Of a DNA stretch of 64,000 nt, positions 26,882 through 36,052 are shown piece by piece. Each line of letters begins with the position of its first letter. The first letter of the stretch is position 1. Made by a program: the position numbers and the translations under genes. The stretch is from NCBI GenBank assembly GCA_965226495.1, contig OZ245365.1:2944001-3008000 (forward strand), written 5' to 3'. The DNA is from Candidatus Marinacidobacterales bacterium (GTDB lineage Bacteria; Acidobacteriota; Vicinamibacteria; Marinacidobacterales; DATDRI01). The notes under the pieces are model-generated. The model was not told where the DNA came from and ran no database searches. It worked only from the letters and a program-made list of their open reading frames with translations.

Positions 26882-28087
26882 ATGGCAAACATCGCGTCCG
26901 CGCGTACTTGGTTTCCCGGGGTACGCGAAGGGGTCTACCTCGACACAGCAAACTTCGGACTATTGGCTTCACCGGTCGTCGATGCGATTTCTGAGCAGAC
27001 TCGCGAGCTTACAACGATCCCGAAAAAGGGGGCCGACCATCGATGGTTCGCGTTGGAAACCGCGTCTGCGTCTGCACGCCTAGCGGTTGGGCGACTGATC
27101 GGCGCTCAAACCCCTCGTATTGCACTGGTCGAGTCTACGAGCCATGGACTTCAGATCGCAGCAGCATCCATTCCTCTGGCCGCAGGCGACGAGGTCTTGA
27201 TCGCGGATTGGGACTTCGTTGGTCTGTCGCTCGTTTGGCGCTCGGCCGTCGAACAAAAGGGCATTTCGGTTCGCACGGTCGACCTCGGTCAGTCCTCCGA
27301 TCCGACCGCATCCTTGGTGTCCGTCTTGCGTCCGGAAACACGTGTGGTGTGTACCAGCTCCGTTTCGGAAAACCACGGCTTCCGCCTGAATCTTGCCGAG
27401 CTAGGGACGGCCTGCCAAACAAGCGGATGCTGGCTAGTCCTCGATGTCATGCAGGAAGCGGGAGCTCGGCAACTAAAATTGGAACGAACTGCGGTGGACT
27501 TCGCGTCGGCAGGTGGTCACAAATGGCTGGGCTGCCCTTTCGGATCGGGATTTCTGTACGTAGGCGAGAACCGTTTCGATGAACTGATCGCCCCGACCGT
27601 TGGTTACCTCGGAATCGAGGAACCTCTTGAAGGATGGGGAGACTATTTGAGCTCACCGCTGGCCGGACCGCTCGACAAGCTTCCACGGCGACGCCACGGA
27701 CAGGCTCTTGAGATCGGGGGAACTCCGAATTTCCCTGGTCGTTTGGCTCTCGCCACTTCGTGTGGCCTCATGAACCAAGTTGGCATCGAGGCTATCGAGC
27801 AACATGTTTTGAGTCTGTCCGGACTTCTCTGGGACGAGTTGTCGACCTCCGACCTCGGCCTGAAGATGGTGACTCCGCGTGAGGACCAGTCCCGTGCAGG
27901 CATCGTCACGTTCTCGCTGGGCCAGCACGAGCGAGATCGCGACTTGGCCAAGAACCTAGCGAGCCGCGGCGTACACGTCTCTTGTCGTTACCGTCAAAGC
28001 ATCGGTGGCGTTCGTCTCTCGGTCCATTTCTACAACAATCGGCAGGACATCGAAGATTTTCTAAACGCGTTGGCCGACGCGAGTTAG
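26882..28087 (+). CDS. Class V PLP-dependent enzyme (cysteine desulfurase/lyase-like)
   Basis: YLDTA, LDVMQEAG, GGHKWLG.P.G.GFLY, EIGGTPN, RLSVHFYN. Confidence 0.85.
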   Translation: MANIASARTWFPGVREGVYLDTANFGLLASPVVDAISEQTRELTTIPKKGADHRWFALETASASARLAVGRLIGAQTPRIALVESTSHGLQIAAASIPLAAGDEVLIADWDFVGLSLVWRSAVEQKGISVRTVDLGQSSDPTASLVSVLRPETRVVCTSSVSENHGFRLNLAELGTACQTSGCWLVLDVMQEAGARQLKLERTAVDFASAGGHKWLGCPFGSGFLYVGENRFDELIAPTVGYLGIEEPLEGWGDYLSSPLAGPLDKLPRRRHGQALEIGGTPNFPGRLALATSCGLMNQVGIEAIEQHVLSLSGLLWDELSTSDLGLKMVTPREDQSRAGIVTFSLGQHERDRDLAKNLASRGVHVSCRYRQSIGGVRLSVHFYNNRQDIEDFLNALADAS

Positions 28088-28143
28088 CGCCCACCGTTTG
28101 CGGTGACAACTATGATAGGGTCGCACGTACACTGGAGGAACAA

Positions 28144-28581
28144 ATGCTAGAGTCCGGTAGTCAAGCGCCAGATTTCGCAGTTCAGGATCACACCGGGAAG
28201 ACAGTCAAGCTTTCAGATTTTGCTGGTAAGCACGTCGCCTTGTGGTTCTACCCCAAGGCGGATACGCCTGGGTGAACTGCCGAGGGTTGCGGGTTCCGCG
28301 ACCGAATCCAACAGTACGACGACAAGGGTGTCCAGATTCTCGGAATCAGTTTCGATACGGCTGAGGCCAATGCTGCCTTCGCCAAGAAGTTCGACTTTAA
28401 CTTCCCTTTACTTTGCGATACGGACCGCGCGGTCGGCTTGGCCTATGGAGCCTGCGACAACGCCGACGCTCAGCACGCAAAACGGATCAGCTATCTCATC
28501 GACGGCGAGGGCAAGCTCGTGAAGGCGTATCCGAACGTGGACGCCGCCAAGCACCCGGAGGAGGTGCTGAAAGATCTCTAG
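28144..28581 (+). CDS. bcp: Selenocysteine-containing peroxiredoxin (BCP/PrxQ type), UGA at codon 44
   Basis: FYPKADTPG-U(TGA 28273-28275)-TAEGCGFRD continues in frame to ...HPEEVLKDL*; GGAGG RBS; hairpin immediately downstream of TGA. Confidence 0.85.
28285..28303 (+). promoter_or_regulatory. Bacterial SECIS-like stem-loop
   Basis: GGTTGCGG-GTT-CCGCGACC beginning 10 nt after the in-frame TGA. Confidence 0.7.
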
Positions 28582-28616
28582 GGAGAGCGTTCACTCCCTC
28601 TCCCCTAGGGAACTGT

Positions 28617-28737
28617 AGCCGTCAAAATAGGCCGTGCCCAAGAGGAACGTGGCCAGACGGCGGGTGAGGACCCAGCCCAAGAGGGCGTTCAGCCGTCAAA
28701 ATAGGCCGTGCCAAGGAGCAAAGTAGCCAGACGGCGG
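28617..28737. repeat. Two 47-bp imperfect direct repeats with self-complementary ends
   Basis: AGCCGTCAAAATAGGCCGTGCC...GCCAGACGGCGG at 28617-28663 and 28691-28737. Confidence 0.8.
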
Positions 28738-28744
28738 TCTTGCC

Positions 28745-29527
28745 TCACTCCTTGAGAAAAGTTACCCAGTCATCGAAATCGCCGTCCCCGACGACCGAGC
28801 CGGGGTCCGTGTCGGGGCCAGGATCGTAGATGAACCTGCCGCTGCCACTCGGCCTGTTTGTGGGACGCACCGGGCCCGCATGCGTGGAACTCGAGACCCA
28901 TCGCCTCAGAGCGGCGCGCGGGTTGACGACCCGTGCAACTGGGTCGTTGTCGAAATGCCAGCGGAAGGTTTTGACCTCTTCCAAGATATCCAGGTTGGGA
29001 AAATCGGCGAACAGTTCATCAACGAACACCCGGTCCAGCTCTCGGTCGAATGGATATTTGGGAATCTGATACTCGAGGTACTCGAGAATTTTCGCCGGCG
29101 CCGATTCCGGGAGGGAGTGGCTGTTCGATTCTACGATTCCACTCGAGGCTAGGATTTCTTTCGACCCCAAGCGATTCAGATCTAGCGGGCCGGCGAATTG
29201 CACGCCGTTCAATGCGAGACCATGTGGTCCTGCACCGGAATCATCCTTTCCCCACACCACCCGGGCCTCGGTGTCATAGCAGACCTGGGGATAGAAACAG
29301 ATTCGAAGCCGCACGTCTTGCCCCGACGGAAGGCGCTCGTCGGCAACGATCCCTGCTCCGGAATCCGAGATATCGTTCACAATCCCGTACGTGGGAACGG
29401 GCCCATCCCCCTGAACCGTCTGCATCGTCAGCACTAAGAGCTTTCTCGGCATGAGACGCCGAAGAACTCGGTGCTCACGACGACGGAGCGTTTTTCGATT
29501 GCCCTCTTCGTACGCGGCCACAGGCAA
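28745..29527 (-). CDS. PilZ-domain protein with C-terminal helical domain shared with the neighbouring gene
   Basis: RREHR and DISDSG c-di-GMP motifs, ARVVW, GVQF; C-terminal LEYLE...YPF...ADFP...ILEEVKTFRWH...ALRRW. Confidence 0.75.
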   Translation of the reverse strand: MPVAAYEEGNRKTLRRREHRVLRRLMPRKLLVLTMQTVQGDGPVPTYGIVNDISDSGAGIVADERLPSGQDVRLRICFYPQVCYDTEARVVWGKDDSGAGPHGLALNGVQFAGPLDLNRLGSKEILASSGIVESNSHSLPESAPAKILEYLEYQIPKYPFDRELDRVFVDELFADFPNLDILEEVKTFRWHFDNDPVARVVNPRAALRRWVSSSTHAGPVRPTNRPSGSGRFIYDPGPDTDPGSVVGDGDFDDWVTFLKE

Positions 29528-29530
29528 CCC

Positions 29531-30358
29531 CTACGCTTTTCGTCCGTTGCCGTTGCCGTTGCTGTCGCCGTTGTGGTGGCCGCTACCGTTACCGTTCACG
29601 CAATCGGCCAGCCAGCGCCTAAGCGCGGAGCGCGGGCTAGCGAACTGCGAGACCGCCTGGCTGTCGTAGTGCCATCGGAAGGTCTTGACTTCCTCCAGAA
29701 TGTCGACTCCTGGAAAATCAGCCATCAATTCGACGATGAACTCGCAATCGAGCTTGCGTTCGAACGGATAGCCGGGAACCTGGTGCTCGAGGTACTCGAG
29801 AGTAGCTCGGGTCGTATCGTCCCCCCAGCTTCTCTCCTCGTAGAGCTTGGCCACATATTGCTCCAGGTAAGGTTCGAGCTCCCGACGGATCTGAGCGACC
29901 CCATCGAGCTTGCGCTCGAACGGATAGCCGGGAACCTGGTGCTCGAGGTACTCGAGAGTAGCTCGGGTCGTATCGTCCCCCCAGCTTCTCTCCTCGTAGA
30001 GCTTGGCCACATATTGCTCCAAGTAAGGTTCGAGCTCCCGACGGATCTGAGCGACCCCATCGTTGTAATCGAACTTCTCAGTGGAAAAAAGATGTTCGAT
30101 GTCCGGATCGATGATAATGTACGCGAGCTCTTCCTCGTCGGGCGGGTAGTTCTTCAGGAACCCGGGATTCATGATCTCCGTGAACAGGAGACGCCGCCTC
30201 AGTTCCTCGCGGTTGAGTGGCGATAGATCCGCGAAGAGCACTCCTTGAAGCGCGCCAACGATCTCGGACCTAGGGTCGAATCCGTCCGCGCTCCAAACGA
30301 TGTGGGCTTTTGTATCTAGAATCCTGTCACGCCCTTCACTAAGCACCATCGAGTTCAC
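29531..30358 (-). CDS. Hypothetical protein with internal 52-aa tandem duplication and the same C-terminal helical domain
   Basis: Long ORF ending 3 bp before the PilZ gene start; domain highly similar to that of 28745-29527. Confidence 0.7.
   Translation of the reverse strand: MNSMVLSEGRDRILDTKAHIVWSADGFDPRSEIVGALQGVLFADLSPLNREELRRRLLFTEIMNPGFLKNYPPDEEELAYIIIDPDIEHLFSTEKFDYNDGVAQIRRELEPYLEQYVAKLYEERSWGDDTTRATLEYLEHQVPGYPFERKLDGVAQIRRELEPYLEQYVAKLYEERSWGDDTTRATLEYLEHQVPGYPFERKLDCEFIVELMADFPGVDILEEVKTFRWHYDSQAVSQFASPRSALRRWLADCVNGNGSGHHNGDSNGNGNGRKA
29747..30062. repeat. In-frame 156-bp tandem duplication
   Basis: 29747-29902 versus 29903-30058, 2 substitutions. Confidence 0.9.
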
Positions 30359-30887
30359 AGAGCAGTGCCTTGGGCCAAGGTATGGTCAGTAATAAGGAAG
30401 GCGCCGGTCTCGGAAGGACTCCTTGTTCGACCCTGGTTCTTTGGCCGCTTGGTTGTCCAACGCCGGACATGTTGGAGACGGTACCGTGTGGCGATTTTCA
30501 GGTCGATTTTCAGGTCCGTGTAGAACCGCCGCGGATAGAGACCGAGCCGGCACGATACGGGGCCAAACCCGGGAATTTTCGGAGCTACGAACTGGTTGAA
30601 CCATTGCCCCCCCCTCTTTGGACTATGGCTCGGGGTCTGTCTGCCGATGATATGATGGCAACACCTCTAAATCCTATTCGGTGGGCGAGTTAGCGCACCG
30701 AGCACCCATGGAATTATTAGTTCGTCACACCCGCCGAAACGGATAGATAACGGTTAGCCTGGGTTGGGGTAGGCTTGCCTGTAATTTTTTACTTCAAACG
30801 GCTGCTGCATGTCAAATGACGGGCCGGAGGCCCGCCGGCCGGAGAGCCTTCAGCTGTCGCGGAGGCGCGCAGCCGCCGCAACGGCGA

Positions 30888-30909
30888 GCCTGGGGGTGGG
30901 GCCCCAGGC
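30888..30909. repeat. REP-like hairpin
   Basis: GCCTGGGGGTGGGGCCCCAGGC, same core as the two copies in 23899-24060. Confidence 0.65.
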
Positions 30910-30960
30910 AACTAATAAATGCCCCGACGGCCCGTGCCCGGCGCAGGGCAACGCGCGCAT

Positions 30961-33144
30961 TCAGAACTGGGCCTCGAGGGTAACCACAGCGCTGATTCCC
31001 GGAGCTAGAACCGCCCGGCGGTCCCCGCTCACCGGATACGCCTCGTCCAAAAGGTTTCGCACCGAAAGGCGCAGAGAGCCCCACGAATTGAACTTCCAAC
31101 CCCCACCCAAATCCATGATGAAGTAAGCAGGCATTAGCCGTTCGGTCGGTCCCGGATCACTGTCGGCTGCGAACCATGCAACGCGGAGGAGGCCATACAC
31201 TTGGTCACCCATCTGCTGGCGTAGCTGCACCGTGATCCGCTCCGCAGGTATGTCGTCTAAGGGTTCGTCGTCGTCGAGCGCTACGCCGGTCTCGAGCTGA
31301 GCACCGAACTCCAGAGTCAAGTCTGGTGTTAGTTCCGCTTGCGCTTCCACTTCGAGTCCTTGCAGTCGCGCTTCGCCGCGATTGCGAAAAAAGAAGAGTC
31401 CATCCCCTTTTTCGAACCGCTCGACGAGATCGTCTATGTCGTATCGGTAGACGAAAAATGCCCAGCGGAACTTCTCTCGCCCGGAACGTAAAGCCACGTC
31501 GAACTGAAGAGAGGTCTCCGGCTCTAGATCAGGATTTCCGAAAGCGACTCCTCGCCCGGTGACTCCTTTGAAGTACCGATCAGAAAGAAACGGGTCTCGG
31601 AAGCCCCGCGAGACCTGCCCGGTCAAATGGAGTCGCGAAACGAGCTCGACTCGGAGCGAGCCGTATCCGGAGACTGCGTTGTTGCTCGTCGACTGGTCAC
31701 CAAAGAAACCGCCCCGATTGGCGCTCGTCAAATGATCGAACCTCAGCCCACCCCAAGCGCTCACTCGCCTGCCTAGCATGATCTCGGCATTCGCGTAGAC
31801 TGCGGTATCGGAGCGATTCGCATTCTCGACAGCCGTCTGCCCGGCTTGGAAACGAATTCCTTCCGAGGCATCGATGATGGCCTCCGAATCCAAGGCCTCG
31901 AGGTCGAAGCGGCCGTTCACGTCGAAGCCCAACTCGAGTCGGGATGGTCCCACGGGACGTACGGCGAGGGCTCGAAAACTGAAATCATTGGCCGACACGT
32001 CTGCTTCGCTCACGCGCCGAAACCCGGACCGCGGAACCTGCTCATCGCGTTCGGTGATCACTCGATAGCTCCCGAAAAAGCCGTTGAAGCCGAGGCGCGT
32101 GAAACCAGCCAACGGATCCATATCGTATGAGACGGTGAGCCGGTGGGAATTCTCCTCGGGGTGCGACACACGAGCCTCGTTGGGATCTTCTCTAGGGCGA
32201 CCGATGTCTCGGCCTAGATCGCTTTGCAACCCCACCGAAAAGAGACCGGCTCCAACCTCCTGGGTCACTCGTGCGAGGAATCCTCCATCGCGAGCCGAAG
32301 AGTTCGGAACCGTTCCCTCGGGACTTCGGTAGTCGGCAAAATTGCGGTAGCGAGCTTGAAACAGCAAGCCGCCCTCGCCGAAACCCTTCGAGATCTCCGC
32401 ACCCGTACTCCGCTCCGGAATTCCGGCCCCCAGACTCCCGCGCAGGCGAACTTGCAACGGCGCGCCCGATTGGGGACGTCGGGTGCGGGCGTCGATGACT
32501 CCCCCGAACGCGTCCGACCCATACGCCACCGAACCAGGGCCGCGCGATACCTCGGTGCCCTCGAGAAAAAAGGGATCTAAATACGTGGCGCTGGGACCGG
32601 CACGGCGCTCCGTCGACACGCGGGCCCCGTCGATGAGGATGAGCGTTCGACCGCGGGCGAGACCCCGGATAGCAGGAACCGCGGCGTGGAGGTCCGACAC
32701 TTGCCCCACACCCGGGATGTTCTCCAACACTTCGGTCAACCGCACCGGATGGCGCTGAGCGATGTCCTCTTTCCGCACGACGCTCATACCGCTCGCTGGG
32801 GGCGCCTCGATATGGGGGGCGGAGCCGCTGGTAACGAGCACCGTCTCCGCGACCAAAGCTGAGACCGTAACGATGACCGGCCCGGTTTCGGGGATCTCCT
32901 CGACCACGACGGGAGCCATGTACTGCCCTCCCGGCATGACCACGAGAATCTCGAAGGGAAGCGGCGGGTCGGGGCTGCGAGAGAACCAACCTTCGTGATC
33001 GGTTCGGGTCGAACCCGGAAGCCCGAGCACGGAGACCGTTGCGTCCCCGACCGGTGTTCCGTCCTGCAGAACGACCTGCCCCTTGAAAGCGAAAACCGGC
33101 GGCGCACAAACAACGACCCCCGCGACCAACCACAACAACTTCAT
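30961..33144 (-). CDS. TonB-dependent receptor
   Basis: Signal peptide MKLLWL; ETVLVTS TonB box; plug IRGL...LIDG, EVSRGPGSVAYGSDAFGGVI; GNPDLEPE; NLLDEAY; terminal Phe. Confidence 0.9.
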   Translation of the reverse strand: MKLLWLVAGVVVCAPPVFAFKGQVVLQDGTPVGDATVSVLGLPGSTRTDHEGWFSRSPDPPLPFEILVVMPGGQYMAPVVVEEIPETGPVIVTVSALVAETVLVTSGSAPHIEAPPASGMSVVRKEDIAQRHPVRLTEVLENIPGVGQVSDLHAAVPAIRGLARGRTLILIDGARVSTERRAGPSATYLDPFFLEGTEVSRGPGSVAYGSDAFGGVIDARTRRPQSGAPLQVRLRGSLGAGIPERSTGAEISKGFGEGGLLFQARYRNFADYRSPEGTVPNSSARDGGFLARVTQEVGAGLFSVGLQSDLGRDIGRPREDPNEARVSHPEENSHRLTVSYDMDPLAGFTRLGFNGFFGSYRVITERDEQVPRSGFRRVSEADVSANDFSFRALAVRPVGPSRLELGFDVNGRFDLEALDSEAIIDASEGIRFQAGQTAVENANRSDTAVYANAEIMLGRRVSAWGGLRFDHLTSANRGGFFGDQSTSNNAVSGYGSLRVELVSRLHLTGQVSRGFRDPFLSDRYFKGVTGRGVAFGNPDLEPETSLQFDVALRSGREKFRWAFFVYRYDIDDLVERFEKGDGLFFFRNRGEARLQGLEVEAQAELTPDLTLEFGAQLETGVALDDDEPLDDIPAERITVQLRQQMGDQVYGLLRVAWFAADSDPGPTERLMPAYFIMDLGGGWKFNSWGSLRLSVRNLLDEAYPVSGDRRAVLAPGISAVVTLEAQF

Positions 33145-33305
33145 TTCAGACAGTATAGCTCGTCGTAGCACCTTGACATCACAGGCGATATGGCGTTTCA
33201 TTAGGTCTGGGTAGAAATTTCTCAAACACCGAGGATGGAATGAAGGGCTGCCGCGGGTCTGGCGCAGCCGGTCGACGAGGGCCAACCAGGCGAGAGGGGG
33301 TATCG

Positions 33306-33863
33306 ATGGCAAGTTACGTCTCCGTGAAGTCTTTCGTGGATCGGCTGGAGACCATGGCTGCCGCCGGTTTCGATACCAACGAAGTGCATGCGTACCTCAC
33401 CGACACGCTGATCGAACCTTCCTCGCTCGACACCTACGTGAGATTCAATTCGGCTCGGTACTGCCGCAACCTAGTCCACAAGAGTGAGAAGTTCGAGATT
33501 CTCGTCGTTTGCTGGAAAGTCAGCCAGGGGGCGCCCGTCCACGGACATGAGGGAGAGCGCTGTTGGGCGCGCGTGGAACGAGGTAGGCTCCGTTTCGTAA
33601 ACTATCGAGAGGTATCGGAGAAACCCTTGGTGGTGGAGCAGTTGGGAGAGCCAGTGGACGGGGGCCGGGGGCACCTGGACGGTCCCGCCGATATCCACAC
33701 CGTGGAGAACCCGGACGACTCAGGGGAGGACGCCGCCAGCCTCCACGTGTACTCCTTCCCTTTCGACGAATGCGACATCTACGATCTGACGCTAGGTGAG
33801 AAAAAGCGTGTTCGCATGGAGTACGACACAATGTTCGGCAAACCCACGAGCGCGGCTTCCTGA
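33306..33863 (+). CDS. Cysteine dioxygenase family (cupin)
   Basis: YCRNLV, VVCW, PVHGH, IHTVEN, SLHVYS. Confidence 0.85.
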   Translation: MASYVSVKSFVDRLETMAAAGFDTNEVHAYLTDTLIEPSSLDTYVRFNSARYCRNLVHKSEKFEILVVCWKVSQGAPVHGHEGERCWARVERGRLRFVNYREVSEKPLVVEQLGEPVDGGRGHLDGPADIHTVENPDDSGEDAASLHVYSFPFDECDIYDLTLGEKKRVRMEYDTMFGKPTSAAS

Positions 33864-33876
33864 GAGGTTCGAGTAA

Positions 33877-36051
33877 TTGGTCGAGCTCAATCACCACGAA
33901 CACTACGTAAGGGCCAAGATCCTCTACTACGGTCCTGCTGCTGGCGGGAAGACCACCAGTCTTCAAGTGCTCCACCGCCGCGCGCATCGAAACCAGAAGA
34001 TGGAGCTGATCTCGGTCAACACCGCGCAGGATCGCACCATTCTCTTTGACCTCCTCCCGCTGCGGACAATCGCCTTTCGCAGCTACGAGCTTCGGTTCCA
34101 AGTGATCGCCGTTCCGGGACAGCGTCTCTACGCCGCAACGCGCAAAATGCTTCTCAAGGGAGCCGACACCATCGTCTTTGTCGCAAACTCTGCCGCCGAC
34201 CGCTTTCAGGAAAATCTACACAGCTTGAAGGAAATGACCGAGAACCTCCTGAGCCATGGCATCGATCCATCTGGCATGCCGGTTGTCTTTCAATACAACA
34301 AAAGGGATCTTCCGGATACGACGGAGATCAAAACCTTGGATCGTGCCCTCAACGCGCGTAGCTCGGAGAGTTTCCCTTCCATTGCTATCGAAGAAGAGGG
34401 GGTATTGGAAACGTTCGCCGCCGCACTTCGTCTCACGATGACCGAGCTCTCGACTCGATACAAGATTGGCGAGGACGTCCGCGGCCCGCGCGCCGCGCGC
34501 GAATGGGCCGAACGCGCCATGAAAGAGACCTTCGACGTGGCGAAGAAAGCCCCGCCGACTCCAAAAGAAGAGGCCCCGCCGAGCCCCGAACCTCCGCCCG
34601 CGACCGTGCTCCGCGTGCGAACGCCATCCGCGCCCCGGACGAAACTCGGGTCGCCCCCGGCGGCACCAGCATCCGCAGACTCACCGGCGCCGGCGCCCTC
34701 CGCGTCAGCCGAAGTGCAGGATCCCTTGGGAGCCCAGGCACTCGTCGAGAGCTATGCCGAGGCGACGGCCGGACTCACCGACCACTTGAGTCGACTGACA
34801 GAGGAGAAGGACGAGGCGAACCGAAGGCTCGAGGAGCTGTACGCCGTGTCTGACATAGGGCGCAGCCTGCTTCATGCCTCGCGCGACCGAGCCAAAGCGC
34901 TGTTGGAAGGCGTGGTGAAGAAGATGTCGAACATCTTCCGCACTTCGCAGGCTTCGCTCTCCCTGTTGCGACCGGACGGTGAGTTGGAGGTCATCGTTCA
35001 CCAAGGCATCGAAGATGATCCAGTTGTCTACGGAACGTCGTCCGAAGGTAACTCACTCGGACCGTCGCTGCTGGAAGCGGGAAAGCTTCGCCTCGAGCTG
35101 CGCGGAGCGGCCGGGCCTCTGGGGGAAGCGATCGAGCGAGTCGGCAAGCAATGCGCTGCGGTCTTGGTGCTTCCGCTCCAAACGCCTGCGCGCCCCATCG
35201 GGTTGCTGGTTTTCTATCTCCCCGAGGAAGCGTCCATCCCTAGCGAGTTCGAAATGGAGCACCTCGAACGCCTGGCACTCGCATTGACCTTGACGCTCGA
35301 AGTCGCCTCCGAGGCGGTTTCCACGGAGCGCCTGGAAGGAATGACCAAAGCGGCGCTCGCCGGACAGCTTGCGCAGCGCGTTTTCCGTTCCGCAGACGGC
35401 CCCATCGATCGAATCGTTTCCTCTCTTTATCGACTTCGTTCGCGCGCCGGCTCGCCGGCATGGCTCACCGACGGCCTGAGCCAGATGGAGGACACGATCT
35501 TCCAGCTCCAATTCGTGAACTCTCTTTATCGACTTCGTTTGAGTCGGGGCCGATGGAGACACGATCTTCCAGCATTCGGAGACGACGAGTTTCCTCCCGC
35601 CGACCGCGTTTCCTTGGAGGAGCTTCTCGGCGAAATCGAGGCGGACTTTCGGGTGCCGTTGGCAGAGGCTGGAGTCACCCTTCAAATCGAGAACAAGGCC
35701 AGTGGTGCTTTCCTGAGGGCAGAACCCGTCCTACTCCGTGCCCTCATCGGGGGCTTGATAGAAAACGCTCGCTGGAGCCTCGCCGGGATTACATCGGGAT
35801 GCGTGATACGCGTGATCGTGCAACCGACCGAACAAGGCATCCGGCTCGCCATTTTCCATAACGCCGGCGCGTTGGTTTCTCGAAGAGCTCCCGCCCAAGC
35901 CCTGTCGTGGCCGTTCGAACGGCGTCTCTCCGAGGTAAACCTGAAGCTCGTCGAGACCCTGGTCTCCTACTTTCAAGGCGAGTTGACGACGGAGAACCGG
36001 GAGAAGGTCGGTTCGATGACGACGCTGATCTTACAAACCGATCCGAGCTAG
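33877..36051 (+). CDS. MglA-like small GTPase fused to Pro-rich linker, GAF domain and degenerate histidine-kinase-like domain
   Basis: KILYYGPAAGGKTT, DRTILFDLLPL, VPGQ, QYNKRDL; GAF LVLPL...IGLLV; LIENA N-box. Confidence 0.75.
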   Translation: MVELNHHEHYVRAKILYYGPAAGGKTTSLQVLHRRAHRNQKMELISVNTAQDRTILFDLLPLRTIAFRSYELRFQVIAVPGQRLYAATRKMLLKGADTIVFVANSAADRFQENLHSLKEMTENLLSHGIDPSGMPVVFQYNKRDLPDTTEIKTLDRALNARSSESFPSIAIEEEGVLETFAAALRLTMTELSTRYKIGEDVRGPRAAREWAERAMKETFDVAKKAPPTPKEEAPPSPEPPPATVLRVRTPSAPRTKLGSPPAAPASADSPAPAPSASAEVQDPLGAQALVESYAEATAGLTDHLSRLTEEKDEANRRLEELYAVSDIGRSLLHASRDRAKALLEGVVKKMSNIFRTSQASLSLLRPDGELEVIVHQGIEDDPVVYGTSSEGNSLGPSLLEAGKLRLELRGAAGPLGEAIERVGKQCAAVLVLPLQTPARPIGLLVFYLPEEASIPSEFEMEHLERLALALTLTLEVASEAVSTERLEGMTKAALAGQLAQRVFRSADGPIDRIVSSLYRLRSRAGSPAWLTDGLSQMEDTIFQLQFVNSLYRLRLSRGRWRHDLPAFGDDEFPPADRVSLEELLGEIEADFRVPLAEAGVTLQIENKASGAFLRAEPVLLRALIGGLIENARWSLAGITSGCVIRVIVQPTEQGIRLAIFHNAGALVSRRAPAQALSWPFERRLSEVNLKLVETLVSYFQGELTTENREKVGSMTTLILQTDPS

Positions 36052-36052
36052 G

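Noticed and set aside
28617-28737. Possible mini CRISPR array
   Set aside because: Only two imperfect 47-bp units, no cas genes, no AT-rich leader
30370-30800. Small ORFs and a 12-bp tandem (CGATTTTCAGGT x2 at 30492-30515) as genes or ncRNA
   Set aside because: No RBS, motif or structure support; cannot distinguish from regulatory intergenic DNA
35420-35580. Short internal duplication (SLYRLR twice) in the MglA fusion as a functional repeat
   Set aside because: Second copy is a garbled, indel-rich version of the first, more consistent with a consensus error or local scar
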